Below, one piece after another: positions 19,742-30,595 of a DNA stretch of 64,000 bases; within the stretch, counting starts at the first letter, position 1, and the number at the start of each line of letters is the position of its first letter. The notes under the pieces are model-generated. The model was given only the letters and a program-made list of their open reading frames with translations, was not told the origin of the DNA and ran no database searches. The position numbers and the translations under genes were made by a program. Source of the DNA: Candidatus Babeliales bacterium. GTDB lineage: Bacteria > Babelota > Babeliae > Babelales > JANWKD01. Location of the stretch: positions 544,001-608,000 of the forward strand of contig CAVRJO010000002.1 in assembly GCA_963722255.1 (NCBI GenBank), given 5' to 3'.

Positions 19742-21098
19742 ATGGATACAAAGCTTTTATTGGAACAAATTGAAAATAATGTTCCCATGTTTATTATGCA
19801 AGAGACACCGGAAGCACAGCTCTTGTGGAATAACTTCTTAGAAATCCATCCGGCAGATAGTGCACAATTCATTGCAGAACTTGATAAAGAAGACGCTAAA
19901 AAGATCTTTATTGCCTTACCAAAAAAAAACAAACTTGCTGTATTTGAAAACTTTTCAAATACTATGAGGGTCTTTGCACTTTCTATAGTAGATGACCGCG
20001 ATAAGGTTATGATCCTTAATAATACACCCATTGATGAACTCACAGACCTTTTTGATTCTTTGTCAAACCAAGAACTCAAAGAGTATCTTCTTTTTCTCAA
20101 TGCACACGACCGGGAAAAAGTATTATCACTTCTTGAATTTGATCCTAAATCAGTTGGCGGTATTATGGATACTGATGTTGTTACCTTACGACAAGATTTT
20201 ACTGTAGAAAAAAGCATTCACATTTTACAAAGATTAAAACCGCGTCTTGAGCTGCATCAACAAATGTATGTCGTTGATCACGAAAATAAACTCGTTGGCC
20301 ACATTGGTCTTGAAGATTTAGTATTACGAAGCCCAACCACCAGACTCAATACATTTTTACGCAAAAATGAACTTGTTGCACAGGTTAACGAAGACCAAGA
20401 ATCAATTGCAAAAAAGATGATCCATTATAATTTAATGACCGTTCCCGTAGTTGGTTTCAATTACTACTTTTTGGGTGTCATTCCTACTGAAACACTTGTT
20501 GAGATTATTGAACAAGAAGCAAGCGAAGACGTGTATCGTATTTCTGCGATGACGCCTATAACAAAAACCTATTTTGAAACCTCATTTTTTAGAATCTTTT
20601 ATGAGCGAAGCTATATACTCATCATTCTTATTACTTGCTCAATCGCTTTCTACTATGATCATAAAAAGCTATGAAGCGACTCTTGAAGGCTTTTTCATAT
20701 TTTTTATTACCATGCTCACGAGTACAGGCGGCAATACAAGCAGCCAAACTTCAGCTTTAGTCATTCAAGGTATGGCATCAGGCGAAATCACTGAATCAAA
20801 TACTTCAAGATTCTTATTGCGCGAGCTTCGAATGGCTGCCATGCTAGCATTAATATTGGGGATTTTTTCTTTTTTACGCGTCTATCTTACCTATGGGCAA
20901 TTATTAAAAAGTTTTGCCGTGAGCGCTTCGCTTTTCGTTATTGTTCTTGTTTCAGTTATTTTAGGCAGCGGTATTCCTATCGGTTTAAAACGGCTCAATA
21001 TTGACCCTGCATTTGCTGCCGGTCCTTTTTTGGCAACCATTATGGATATTGCAGGATTGCTTATTTATTGCTACATTTGTAAACTTTTATTGTCATAA
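19742..21098 (+). CDS. mgtE: Magnesium transporter MgtE, one frameshift near 20630
   Basis: CBS domains, TGGNTSSQT, IDPAFAAGPFLATIMDI; split across two tracked ORFs. Confidence 0.92.
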
Positions 21099-21133
21099 AA
21101 ATCATCAACCTCATAGTAACGTTACAAAAAATA

Positions 21134-21991
21134 ATGGCTCTGAAAAAAATTTCATTTTTGTGTCATATGCTGCTCTTTGCAACACTATGCTTAGGCATGG
21201 AATTTGAAAATCAACCAGATCACCTTACCTCTCTACCCGATGAACTAGTGCTCACCATATTTTCATGCATAATTCCTGTTTGCCAAAATCCAACTGAAGC
21301 GCTTCAAACTATTAAAAATTCGCAACTTACTTGCAAGCGATGGTTTAGACTTATCAATGATAAACATCTCACAAAAAAATTTGTGCTAAATACTCGAAAA
21401 TTCATTATTGCCCGAGTAAACTGCTATCCCATACTGTATGCAACACAGAAGAGTAGAAAAATATTTAACCAATTTCTTCAAAACATAAAAACAATAACTC
21501 AGCATGCCCTAGTAAAAACCCCCGACTTCAAACAAAAATACGGCTATTTAACTATAGATCATAAGAATGCTGTTAATCCATTAGGGGAAAGTTTTAACCT
21601 TCTTTGTAGGGTTATTCAAGAAGAAGATTTAAGTGAAGTTTCTAAAAAAACTGCTCAAGATTTTGGAGCATTAAAACAGCTTAAAAAACCCAAAATAGCA
21701 TATAACCCTTATCCGAGAGAATACAACCCCTATAAAGCTACAGCTCACCTTATTTATCTTGAGCAACACACAGAACAGATTATTGAAACTATTTTTAAAA
21801 ATCCAGCTAATGCTATTGAAATTGCTGTTTTATTACAAGCATTAGTTATGCCATTTAATAAGCAATTTACACAGCATTTTTTTTGGCATACTATTCATAT
21901 AATTATCAAAAAAAAATTTAAAGATGACCCTGAACTTAAAAAGAAATTCATTGCTCAAAGCCTCTCCATGTTCAATTTTGCTTTATCTTGA
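21134..21991 (+). CDS. Signal peptide + F-box-like protein (putative effector)
   Basis: LTSLPDELVLTIFS...QLTCKRWFRLIND. Confidence 0.8.
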   Translation: MALKKISFLCHMLLFATLCLGMEFENQPDHLTSLPDELVLTIFSCIIPVCQNPTEALQTIKNSQLTCKRWFRLINDKHLTKKFVLNTRKFIIARVNCYPILYATQKSRKIFNQFLQNIKTITQHALVKTPDFKQKYGYLTIDHKNAVNPLGESFNLLCRVIQEEDLSEVSKKTAQDFGALKQLKKPKIAYNPYPREYNPYKATAHLIYLEQHTEQIIETIFKNPANAIEIAVLLQALVMPFNKQFTQHFFWHTIHIIIKKKFKDDPELKKKFIAQSLSMFNFALS

Positions 21992-22008
21992 ATTTTTTTA
22001 AACAACTA

Positions 22009-22083
22009 CCATTTTTGGCAACCATCATGGATATTGCAGGATTGCTTATTTATTGCTATATTTGTAAGCTTTTATTGTCGTAG
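22009..22083 (+). repeat. 75 bp duplicate of the mgtE 3' end (21024..21098)
   Basis: 69/75 identical; both encode PFLATIMDIAGLLIYCYICKLLLS*. Confidence 0.95.
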
Positions 22084-22114
22084 CATTATTTTTACACTTT
22101 TGAAAGTAACATCC

Positions 22115-22915
22115 ATGAAAAGCGCTTTACTACTACGTTCTTTATTTTTCTCTTTCATGCTTATGATTTCTTTGAGCACAACTCACGCAATGGAAGAAAC
22201 AGAAATTTGTCCGTTTGATCTTTTACCTGATGAAATAACACTCAACATATTTTCTTATTTAGTTCCTGCTTGTGAAGATCAAAATCAAGCTTTACAAACT
22301 TTTAAAAATCTACAACTTGTTAGCAAATACTGGTTTACTCTCATTAATGATAAACCATTTACGCAAGGAATAATTGAAGAAATGTTTAAAAAGTTCATTA
22401 TTTCAGAATTAAATTTCTATGCATTGTTACAAGTGACTCAACAAAGCAGAACACTATATAAACAATCGCTTCACGCTTTAAAAACTGTCGCTCAATATGC
22501 AGTATTGCACCATAATGATCTACACAAAGAAACAGAATCGGGAGAATTTCCTTGGATGAACCTTACAATAGGATGCTATAGCAATGCGATGCGAAAAAGC
22601 TATAAACACCTCCTTTCAGAATGCGCTCAAGAAGGAACTGATTTCACAAAACTTTCTGAAGCTATTGCCCACGAATATGATACAATCAAAACAGCAATAG
22701 AACCACAAGAAGTAATAAACCATTATCCTCCAGGCTGGGACCCTTATCGTATTACAGCAGAGTTATTCTATTGCGTTGAACATACCGAACAATTACTTTC
22801 CGGGATTTTGACTTCACAGCCTTATTTAACTGAAAAAATTGTTCAATACAAGGCAATGATTGCTCCCTTTGATTTCAATTTAATCATCCGCATATATGGC
22901 AACCTACGTATTTAA
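22115..22915 (+). CDS. Signal peptide + F-box-like protein, paralog of 21134..21991
   Basis: FDLLPDEITLNIFS...LQLVSKYWFTLIND; shares the YP....PY..TA.L...HTEQ motif. Confidence 0.8.
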   Translation: MKSALLLRSLFFSFMLMISLSTTHAMEETEICPFDLLPDEITLNIFSYLVPACEDQNQALQTFKNLQLVSKYWFTLINDKPFTQGIIEEMFKKFIISELNFYALLQVTQQSRTLYKQSLHALKTVAQYAVLHHNDLHKETESGEFPWMNLTIGCYSNAMRKSYKHLLSECAQEGTDFTKLSEAIAHEYDTIKTAIEPQEVINHYPPGWDPYRITAELFYCVEHTEQLLSGILTSQPYLTEKIVQYKAMIAPFDFNLIIRIYGNLRI

Positions 22916-23060
22916 GAATTTGCAGAAATTTAAAAGAATTGAGCGTATTTATTGAACAAAGTAAATTATTGTATAATTTTATCTGAGATATTGAAATTTT
23001 TTTGGGCCTCAAAGTAGTCTAATTTTAAAAATTTTTGTCTTTTGTTTGTAAAGGAATTAC

Positions 23061-23789
23061 ATGATAATTCAACCTAATATGCGACTCTTACTTCTTTGTT
23101 TATGCTTTATTACATCAGCTTTTACACGTGATAACGCTTCCATGCTACGCAATACCATTCAAGTTACTGCTGAGGGGAAATATGAAGCAGAACCAGACAC
23201 CGCGCTGCTTGAATTTACCATTTCAGTACAAGAACAAACATATAAAGAAGCTCATGAGCGAGCATACCGATCTACCCAACAAATAGCTGAATTACTAAAA
23301 AAATACAATCTTGATCCCAAACAAGCAGAATTTTCCCTTTTTCAAACGCAGCCTGTTTATGATTACAATAATCCTAAAAGACCCTTGGTTGGCTATCGCG
23401 TACATTCTTCAGTATCAATAAAATTTACCGATTTTTCTAAACTTTCATTTATTCTACCAGATCTCATGAAAACAAATATTGCCGACAATCAATCATTACT
23501 CTATATACTCGAAAATACTGATGCGGCAAAGAAAAAGGCCATTGAAGACGGATACAAACGAGCTCGATTTCTTGCTCATGCTTTAGCACAATCAGAGCAT
23601 AAAACTATTGATGAAATGATCTATGCTTCCATTGACACCTTTGAAAACAGACCCCAATTTAGAAGCATTATGACTAAAGAAAAATCTGCAACAGCAATGG
23701 AATCGCCAAACGAAATTTTCGGTGCTCAAAAAATCACCATTACTGCACAAATAAATGCCATTTTTGAAATGCGCGCTGAAACCGAATAA
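23061..23789 (+). CDS. SIMPL (DUF541) domain periplasmic protein
   Basis: IQVTAEG...PDTA, PVYDY, GYRV, AI.D...RA..LA. Confidence 0.85.
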   Translation: MIIQPNMRLLLLCLCFITSAFTRDNASMLRNTIQVTAEGKYEAEPDTALLEFTISVQEQTYKEAHERAYRSTQQIAELLKKYNLDPKQAEFSLFQTQPVYDYNNPKRPLVGYRVHSSVSIKFTDFSKLSFILPDLMKTNIADNQSLLYILENTDAAKKKAIEDGYKRARFLAHALAQSEHKTIDEMIYASIDTFENRPQFRSIMTKEKSATAMESPNEIFGAQKITITAQINAIFEMRAETE

Positions 23790-23872
23790 TAATAGAATTG
23801 AGCAAGAAACTAATTAATTACATGACCATTATACAATTTTTATAAAAATATCGGTCAACTAAAACCTTTTTC

Positions 23873-23901
23873 TTGACAAAGAAAAGATGAATTATTAAGA
23901 T
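23873..23901 (+). promoter_or_regulatory. Sigma70-like promoter of the tRNA pair
   Basis: TTGACA-17 bp-TAAGAT, 40 bp upstream of tRNA-Lys. Confidence 0.7.
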
Positions 23902-23941
23902 AGAACATGTTATTCGGAAATTTTATTTCCTATGAAATAAC

Positions 23942-24017
23942 GAGCCGCTAGCTCAGTTGGTAGAGCAACAGCCTTTTAAGCTGTGGGTCGTTGGTTCGAG
24001 TCCAACGCGGCTCACCA
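23942..24017 (+). tRNA. tRNA-Lys(UUU)
   Basis: Acceptor stem gagccgc/gcggctc, anticodon loop cttttaa, GGTTCGAGTCC, CCA end. Confidence 0.95.
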
Positions 24018-24069
24018 GTCTTCGCTTATCCACGCCTTCCGGCTTGGCAAGCTTCGACTGGCTCCGCCA
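24015..24069. repeat. Palindromic REP-like element fused to the tRNA-Lys CCA end
   Basis: ccagtcttcgc...gcttcgactgg-ctccgcca; same layout as 33514..33577. Confidence 0.6.
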
Positions 24070-24088
24070 TACAATGAAATTTCTATAC

Positions 24089-24166
24089 GTCCCTATCGTC
24101 TAGCCTGGTCTAGGACATCGCCCTTTCACGGCGAAAACAGGGGTTCGAATCCCCTTAGGGACGCCA
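24089..24166 (+). tRNA. tRNA-Glu(UUC)
   Basis: Acceptor stem gtcccta/tagggac, anticodon loop ctttcac, GGTTCGAATCC, CCA end. Confidence 0.95.
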
Positions 24167-25627
24167 TACTTGATCATCCGAACATTTCTAGCATCAAATC
24201 AAATGGCTTTTGCACGTCGTAGACGATGTTTTCGTCTTCTACCTTAAGTTCGATAGTACAAGCTTAATTAATTGCCGTTTTTCCTCAACTTCAGAACTCA
24301 TAAATAAATCATAAGCACGAGTTAGCGAGATCCAGAGTATTTTGCGGTAATATAGTAGTTATCTTCTGCTTCTTGTAATTGCTCAAGACGGATGCTAATA
24401 TCAGTCACTTGGTCTCTGAAGTGTTTGGTAAAATCTGTCATACTCGCTCTCAGTAATTCTCCCCTTGAGTTTATCAAGGTATAAATTATCCATCATTTTG
24501 GTGACTTTTTTTTGCTCTTGAGTGAGCTCATCAAATTGCTTGATTATGGAATTCGATTTTGTTTTGATGCACCTCATCTAAGCGTTTCAATAATTTGCTG
24601 CAACAATCTCTTCAGGCATTTGTAAGCTTTTAAAGACATTTGCCTAGTTGTTCGGTGATTTCTTCTTCCCGCAACCATTTGGCGCCATGCTTGCCATTAT
24701 ATTGGGTGCAATGGTAGTAGACATGCCCTTTATGCTTTTCAGGCGTTATGGCGAATCCACAATCGGCACAGCGCAATAAGCCCACGATAAATGATATGGT
24801 ATGCCCTGCATATTTGACTTGTTTTCTTATTAAAACTATTTTTCACTGTCTGTACTTGATCAAAAAGTGCTTTGAGTAATAATAGGTGGATACCGATGAG
24901 GATACATGTTGTCCTTTGACTACCATGACCCCATAATAAAAATGGTTGTTAAGAACTTTATCAATATAGCTTTTACCCCAATCAATGCCATAATCATTCT
25001 TTTATCTTTTTGCACAACAAGCTCCATTGAATAAGCTCCTGTTGCATACAATTCAAATGCTTTCTGCACAATATGGGCTTGCATATTCATCAACAATAAT
25101 ATCTTTGTTTATCATCTGCATTTATGATATTCTTATAACCATAGGGAGCTTTTGCAGGCCATTCACCTTTGCGTAGCTTTTGTTCTATTGCTCGTTTAAC
25201 ATTATCGCTCATGGCATCAGAATAATATTTGGCAAGCCCAAGGCTAATGCCAAATTGAAACTTTTCAACAGCAGAAATATGGCTGGTGATAATTTGCCCA
25301 TCAGAAACAAAGTGAAGTTCAATTTCATCATTCAATGCTTTTTCATAAAGAAGTGAAAACGTTTATCAAAAATATTACGTGAAAGGCGATCAACTTTATC
25401 ACAACAAACGGCGATTTTTTCTTTTTGCTCAAGAATAAAATCTATAATGCGATCAAATTCTTCACGTTGGTCTTGTATAAGCACTTTCATCAAAACTAAA
25501 GCTTTTGATAATTTGCAAAGTTTTTATTTTGGCAATATTTTTCAAGCCGTGCTACTTGCGCAGGTAATGAATTACCTGCTTCTTTTTGTTCTTCTGTGCT
25601 TACGCGGGCGATAAGAATTGCTTTCAT
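24155..25627 (-). pseudogene. Large serine recombinase (resolvase + recombinase + Zn ribbon), multiply frameshifted
   Basis: MKAILIARVSTEEQ, DKVDRLSRN, GEWPAKAPYGY, CADCG, YYHC. Confidence 0.9.
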
Positions 25628-25810
25628 GAGGCCTGTCTTTATAAGAATGATATATTTTTAATGGTAGCAGTGTATCATACACAAAATAATTCTGAAGTTG
25701 CCATACACTGGGGGGTGATAGGTGAACCGAATCGAAATATAAAAATTGTTTTAAATATTTTGTTTTTTCAAAAAATAATTATAATGAGTAATATATTTTA
25801 CAATTAAATT

Positions 25811-26023
25811 ATGAAAAGGAGCTTTTTAATGAAAGTAACTCATCAACGATATAAAGAAATATGTAATCAAATTACTGAGCTTAAGTCAAAAATAGATATT
25901 TTGATTGCAAATGTTCCCCTTGGGCCAAACAATCCCGGTCAAGGATACTCCTTTGAAGATTTAAAAGAAGCTACTGACACCGCAGAGGAAATTGATCGTC
26001 TTGAACAGGAGCTTATTAACTAA
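25811..26023 (+). CDS. Small hypothetical coiled-coil protein
   Basis: ORF with AAGGAG before the second ATG and a downstream hairpin at about 26039-26070. Confidence 0.6.
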   Translation: MKRSFLMKVTHQRYKEICNQITELKSKIDILIANVPLGPNNPGQGYSFEDLKEATDTAEEIDRLEQELIN

Positions 26024-26221
26024 GGTTATAAAAAAGGCAGGGTATAAAAAGACATCCCTTTTTACACCCTATATTTAAGATTTACCTAATATCTCGATGG
26101 CTTGAATTTAATCATTTCTTTTCTAAGCGTTGTGACGCGACCTTAATTGAGCCATTCCGAACTTGCAAATTAAGACAATACTATCATTACAAAAAGAATA
26201 AATATCTGAAAATTCATAACA

Positions 26222-26851
26222 CTATTCATATGCTTTAAAATTTGGATTTAACCAAGCCATTGGAATATCAGCCTCTAACGTACCATCTATCCCTTTAATT
26301 CTTCCTTCGAAACGACCCTCTCTTTTAAATCCTAACTTTTCATAAAGATTAATTGCAGGATTCGATTCTCTAGCTATAATCTCAACTCTCAAAATTTCAG
26401 GTTGATTTTCTTCAATTTCTTTTAAAAAAAGCGAAATTAAATTTGAACCTATACCCTTTCTTTGAAAATCAGGATCAACTAGAATAGTTCCTTCTGATAA
26501 AAGATGGGAAAAAACTTGCGGTTCCAATCTATATATGATTATTGATCCAATTAATTTTTTTTGATGTTCCGCAACCAATGCTAAGCCATTATTAATTCCA
26601 TTAAATAAAATCTTTTTAATATAATTATCAGTTATTTCATCAAATGTTCTTGCTAATCCTCCAGGTATGGCAGCAACTCGTTGATAAAGCAATTTTAAAT
26701 TTTCCTTATCTTCTACTTTTAATTTTCTAATAACGTAATCATTGAAATTATGATCATTAAAATTTGTATGAAAAAACTTATTATCATAAGCATTTACTAA
26801 ATAAACTTTAATTAATAACAAGAATAAGAATGATATATTTTTTATTGTCAT
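26222..26851 (-). CDS. GNAT acetyltransferase with N-terminal hydrophobic leader
   Basis: VDPDFQRKGIG, N.PAINLYEKLGF. Confidence 0.9.
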   Translation of the reverse strand: MTIKNISFLFLLLIKVYLVNAYDNKFFHTNFNDHNFNDYVIRKLKVEDKENLKLLYQRVAAIPGGLARTFDEITDNYIKKILFNGINNGLALVAEHQKKLIGSIIIYRLEPQVFSHLLSEGTILVDPDFQRKGIGSNLISLFLKEIEENQPEILRVEIIARESNPAINLYEKLGFKREGRFEGRIKGIDGTLEADIPMAWLNPNFKAYE

Positions 26852-26855
26852 TTTA

Positions 26856-27464
26856 TCATCTCCATAGTTTATTAAGTGCATAAATACCAAAAGCAAATAT
26901 TGCTATCCCAGCAATACGATTAATGTACCTTAAGATTTCAACTGATATTTTTTTCCTAAATAATCCAACAGAAAAACAGAGTATAAACCACCATAATGCT
27001 GATCCTAAAAACACTCCTGCCACAAAACTTAACGATTCTACATATCCAGAAACGTCTATATTCAGACCAGTAAAAAGAGCCATAAAATCCAATATTGTTG
27101 CTGGATTAGTTAAAGTAAGAAAGAAGGTTATTACATAAGCTTTTAATAAGCCAGCATTAAGAGGTTTTGATTGATCAATAACTGCTGGCATTGAAAAAAA
27201 TTTCTTTATACCAAGATAACAAAGAAATAACCCGCCAATAATAGTTAATGGAATCTTAAAAGCAAGCAAAAAAGTTTGACTAGCTTTAAATCCAAGGGCA
27301 ACTAGAATACCATACATCATATCAGCCGTAGCTGCACCCAATCCAGAAACTACCCCTAAACGAATACCACCGCTTAAAGTTTGTTGTATACATAAAAATC
27401 CAATAGCACCAACTGGAGCCGCTATAGAAAAACCTACACCCAGACCTTTTAGAATCATATACAT
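26856..27464 (-). CDS. LysE family exporter
   Basis: IAAPVGAI, GLGAATAD, LTLTNP, GVFLGSALWW. Confidence 0.9.
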   Translation of the reverse strand: MYMILKGLGVGFSIAAPVGAIGFLCIQQTLSGGIRLGVVSGLGAATADMMYGILVALGFKASQTFLLAFKIPLTIIGGLFLCYLGIKKFFSMPAVIDQSKPLNAGLLKAYVITFFLTLTNPATILDFMALFTGLNIDVSGYVESLSFVAGVFLGSALWWFILCFSVGLFRKKISVEILRYINRIAGIAIFAFGIYALNKLWR

Positions 27465-27572
27465 TATTTTATTCCCAGTTTAGCCGTTTTTAAATTGACA
27501 TAATTGCCAAAATTCAGTATTATTTATTTTAAAATAGGTATTTTATAGAATATTTTACGGGAAAACACAAAA

Positions 27573-28040
27573 ATGTCAACAGAAAATATCGCGCTTGATG
27601 GCATAGACCAGAAGATAATCAGTCTTTTGCAGGAAAATGCTTCATTAACAAATAATGAAATTGCAAAAAAAATAGATTTATCTCCTTCTGCAACTCATGA
27701 AAGAATCAGAAAATTACATATAAATGGTATCATTAAAAAAATTTCAGCATTTATTAAAGCTTCAGCTGTTGAAAAGTCATTATGTGCTTTTATCTATGTT
27801 TTAATTGACACTCCCGCACACAGCAAAAAGTTTTTAGAAGAAATAGCTCGCTATAAGGAAGTCATGGAATGTCATCACATCACAGGGGAATATTCTTATT
27901 TATTAAAAGTCAGAGTAAAAAATACTCAACAACTTGAGTCGTTCATAACTGAATCGTTAAAATCAAAATTAGGTGTAATTCGTTCATTAACTCAAATAGT
28001 TCTATCTTCTCCAAAAGACGGAGATACCGTAATCGATTAA
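27573..28040 (+). CDS. Lrp/AsnC regulator, divergent from LysE
   Basis: LDGIDQKII..LQENA, ECHHITGEYSYLLKV. Confidence 0.93.
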   Translation: MSTENIALDGIDQKIISLLQENASLTNNEIAKKIDLSPSATHERIRKLHINGIIKKISAFIKASAVEKSLCAFIYVLIDTPAHSKKFLEEIARYKEVMECHHITGEYSYLLKVRVKNTQQLESFITESLKSKLGVIRSLTQIVLSSPKDGDTVID

Positions 28041-28042
28041 TT

Positions 28043-29155
28043 TTAATAATTCAATCTTAACATCTTAAACTTTGCTAATTCTTCTCTGATAACTTGTAAC
28101 GGCTGTTGCACACTAGGCAACTTAATTTTATTTGCATCGCTCATAAGCCTATACCAAGTGCGTTGATTATCCTTTGCAAACATCATTCTTAACTCTCTCG
28201 GGCTCATACTATTAAGTGCTTGCTTCAACCCAAATAGCTGTAAAATTTTAGCTGGGCTCAGTTCAGGATTATTAAAGATCAAATCGGCAAGGAGAGCTTT
28301 ATCATTAACTGGTTTATAATCAAGTAAGGGAGGCCTCTTTGATTCAATCTCATCTAAATAATGCAGCAGAATCTTTTTTGCGACTGCAGGTTTAAATAAT
28401 TTCTTAAAGGTAAGATCTGTTTTAATGCCCAGTTTCATAAACAGCTGTTTAATTTTCTGACGTTTATTCAAACGAACTTCCATACGCAAAATTTCGAACT
28501 TTTTTCTTTGCCTAATAAGAGGAAGTAAAGAATAATGCAAGGCACTATCTTTATCTATCGTTCTTTTGCTGCTCTTCTTTGCTTTTTCCATATCGTAAAT
28601 CTTATCATAGAAAACAACTTCGTATGAATTGCAATGCCATTTATAACTATGGCCATCATTACGATAATCAGTTTGATTAGTATCAAGAGAAATCTTTACA
28701 TTCGCTTCTTTAATTTTATTAATGAAATGATAGGGTGTAGAGCCATCTGTTAAAGGGATATTCTTTGCATAATGAATGCTAGAAATAGGTGCCTGCGCAA
28801 GAGCATCTGCCGTTGTTTCAAGGCCCATTTCCCGCAACACAATAACTAGTTTTTTAACAATTGCAAGAAAATCTTTATAACTAAGCTCATCAACATTATT
28901 GCCAAATAAAAGCTTTGGCAATGAGAGTTCAACTTTCAACATTAGATCAAAAAGACCTTGGGTATTAATACGCTTTTGCAAAGTTAAATGCGGCTTATAT
29001 TCCCCTTTCAGGAGTTCTTTCCGTTTTGGGTTCTGCTTTGCTTGGATTGTAGTGGAATGTGACGATAACAATACGAGTGCTGATGGTTGAAATTTGTCAG
29101 GCTGAATGATCTGGTACATGCTTTTGCTTAAGGTGAAAACTACGGTGTCGATCAT
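28043..29155 (-). CDS. Putative rolling-circle replication initiator (phage/plasmid gene II/X-like), copy 1
   Basis: MIDT start shared with copy 2; SLPKLLFGNN, FYDK and LRMEVRL motifs. Confidence 0.6.
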   Translation of the reverse strand: MIDTVVFTLSKSMYQIIQPDKFQPSALVLLSSHSTTIQAKQNPKRKELLKGEYKPHLTLQKRINTQGLFDLMLKVELSLPKLLFGNNVDELSYKDFLAIVKKLVIVLREMGLETTADALAQAPISSIHYAKNIPLTDGSTPYHFINKIKEANVKISLDTNQTDYRNDGHSYKWHCNSYEVVFYDKIYDMEKAKKSSKRTIDKDSALHYSLLPLIRQRKKFEILRMEVRLNKRQKIKQLFMKLGIKTDLTFKKLFKPAVAKKILLHYLDEIESKRPPLLDYKPVNDKALLADLIFNNPELSPAKILQLFGLKQALNSMSPRELRMMFAKDNQRTWYRLMSDANKIKLPSVQQPLQVIREELAKFKMLRLNY

Positions 29156-29178
29156 GCCCTGAGTTCTTATGAAATGAG

Positions 29179-29430
29179 TTAACATTGGATGTAAATAAGA
29201 TGATTCAAGGGTAAAGTAATCGCTGTTAAAAAACAAGGGCCGCAATTGCGAGCCCTTCTTTGATTATCTTTGGATTTTGATTTTCGTTTTTTCTTTTCTT
29301 TAGGTTTCTTTGCATTTACTTTTTTATCAATTGCAATGAGCACTAGGAAAAAATCTGTAAGCCGCTTTTTTTCTTCAAAAGACAACATCACATCTATTTT
29401 CAGGGGGTCTTTCTCCATACAAATCTCCAT
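29179..29430 (-). CDS. Small basic hypothetical protein upstream of Rep
   Basis: DFF.VLIAIDKKV followed by a Lys-rich stretch; decayed homolog at about 41560-41720. Confidence 0.6.
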   Translation of the reverse strand: MEICMEKDPLKIDVMLSFEEKKRLTDFFLVLIAIDKKVNAKKPKEKKKRKSKSKDNQRRARNCGPCFLTAITLPLNHLIYIQC

Positions 29431-29898
29431 AAGATACTTTTGAAAATATCTTAATTTCTTTCTTAGTTTTTATGGTTATTCAAAACCATTATTGAATTAG
29501 GAACAAATATAATTGGAATTAAGCTGAGTGACAGCTCTTTCTTGCCCATCAAGCCCTTTATATATTTCTGAAGTACTAAGGCTGCAGGATGCAAGCCAAT
29601 TTTGTGCGATAAGATGCAGAATCTGAGTTCTGTTGAGCAAGGACATGATCGTTCCTTTGATGAAGAGAGTGCTTCGATTACTTCAAGTGGAAAGTATATT
29701 CGATTTGAAAATAAAAGCAAGTAAACTTAAATTTACAAAATAATAATTCGAGATTGACATCAATTAAATTAAAAATAAAATTATATTTACCTTAACTTTG
29801 ATCCGTTATAGGTAATTCTCTTTAATCCGAGACCTGAACCCTTTTGACCGGGGGATAAAGTTTAATATTTTTTTAAAATTTTAATTTTAGAAGGTAAA

Positions 29899-30507
29899 AT
29901 GACAAAACAATTAATTGACAATAATTTATTAGATGAATCAAATAGCGAATTAATAAACTTATTTAAAGCAGACCCAACTCATCTTATTTCTCAAGCTAAG
30001 CAACTTTCTGAAGTATTAAATAATATTTCCAAAGCATTACAATTATTAGAAGATGGTTTAAGAGAAATAAATGCTAATTTCCCATTTAATATAAAAGTGG
30101 AAGAAGATCCTCAATCTTGTACTAAAAAACCAGAAGTTTACCATACTATGACTTCTCCTTATGATATTCTAGGGTACCGCACTCAAGTAGAATGGCGTAT
30201 TTCTTGGGAAGAGGATGACGATTCTAACGCGGGGAAATTTAGACTTTTCTTAATCGGCGTAGAAACAGAGACTATTTATTACAACCTACCTACTGATCCT
30301 GATGATGTTGGATCAGAATTATTTCAAAAAAAAATAGTTTTTAAAAAACCTTTAAGGCAAACCAAAATTCCTGTACGGCTCCAATTTTCAAAATATTTAA
30401 ATATCTTCATTAAATTGTTTGAAAATCATTTAGAAACAAATCGTAATAAAATTGAAAAAGGTGATTTTTCAATTTCATTAGTTGTTCCAATTAAATCAAA
30501 AAATTAA
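29899..30507 (+). CDS. Hypothetical protein, paralog of 42183..42815
   Basis: Shared LF.ADPT.LIS, LREINANFPF, ISWEED and PLRQTKIP. Confidence 0.85.
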   Translation: MTKQLIDNNLLDESNSELINLFKADPTHLISQAKQLSEVLNNISKALQLLEDGLREINANFPFNIKVEEDPQSCTKKPEVYHTMTSPYDILGYRTQVEWRISWEEDDDSNAGKFRLFLIGVETETIYYNLPTDPDDVGSELFQKKIVFKKPLRQTKIPVRLQFSKYLNIFIKLFENHLETNRNKIEKGDFSISLVVPIKSKN

Positions 30508-30595
30508 AATAAATAAAGGTTATTAGAAGATAATAATCTTTGTTTAGGCCGATTATTAATCGTTTTTTAGCCATAACTTACTATGGAACACTTCA

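Noticed and set aside
20600..20660. Programmed frameshift or true inactivation of mgtE
   Set aside because: No slippery motif; scattered single-base indels across the window point to possible sequencing error, which cannot be resolved without reads
22034..22114. N-terminal extension of the second F-box ORF
   Set aside because: It is an off-frame read of the duplicated mgtE tail; ATG 22115 gives a proper signal peptide
23983..24222. 79-aa ORF
   Set aside because: It is a translation of the two tRNA genes
29463..29720. 85-aa ORF, and 41821..42036
   Set aside because: Indels between the two copies break the frame; treated as conserved noncoding DNA
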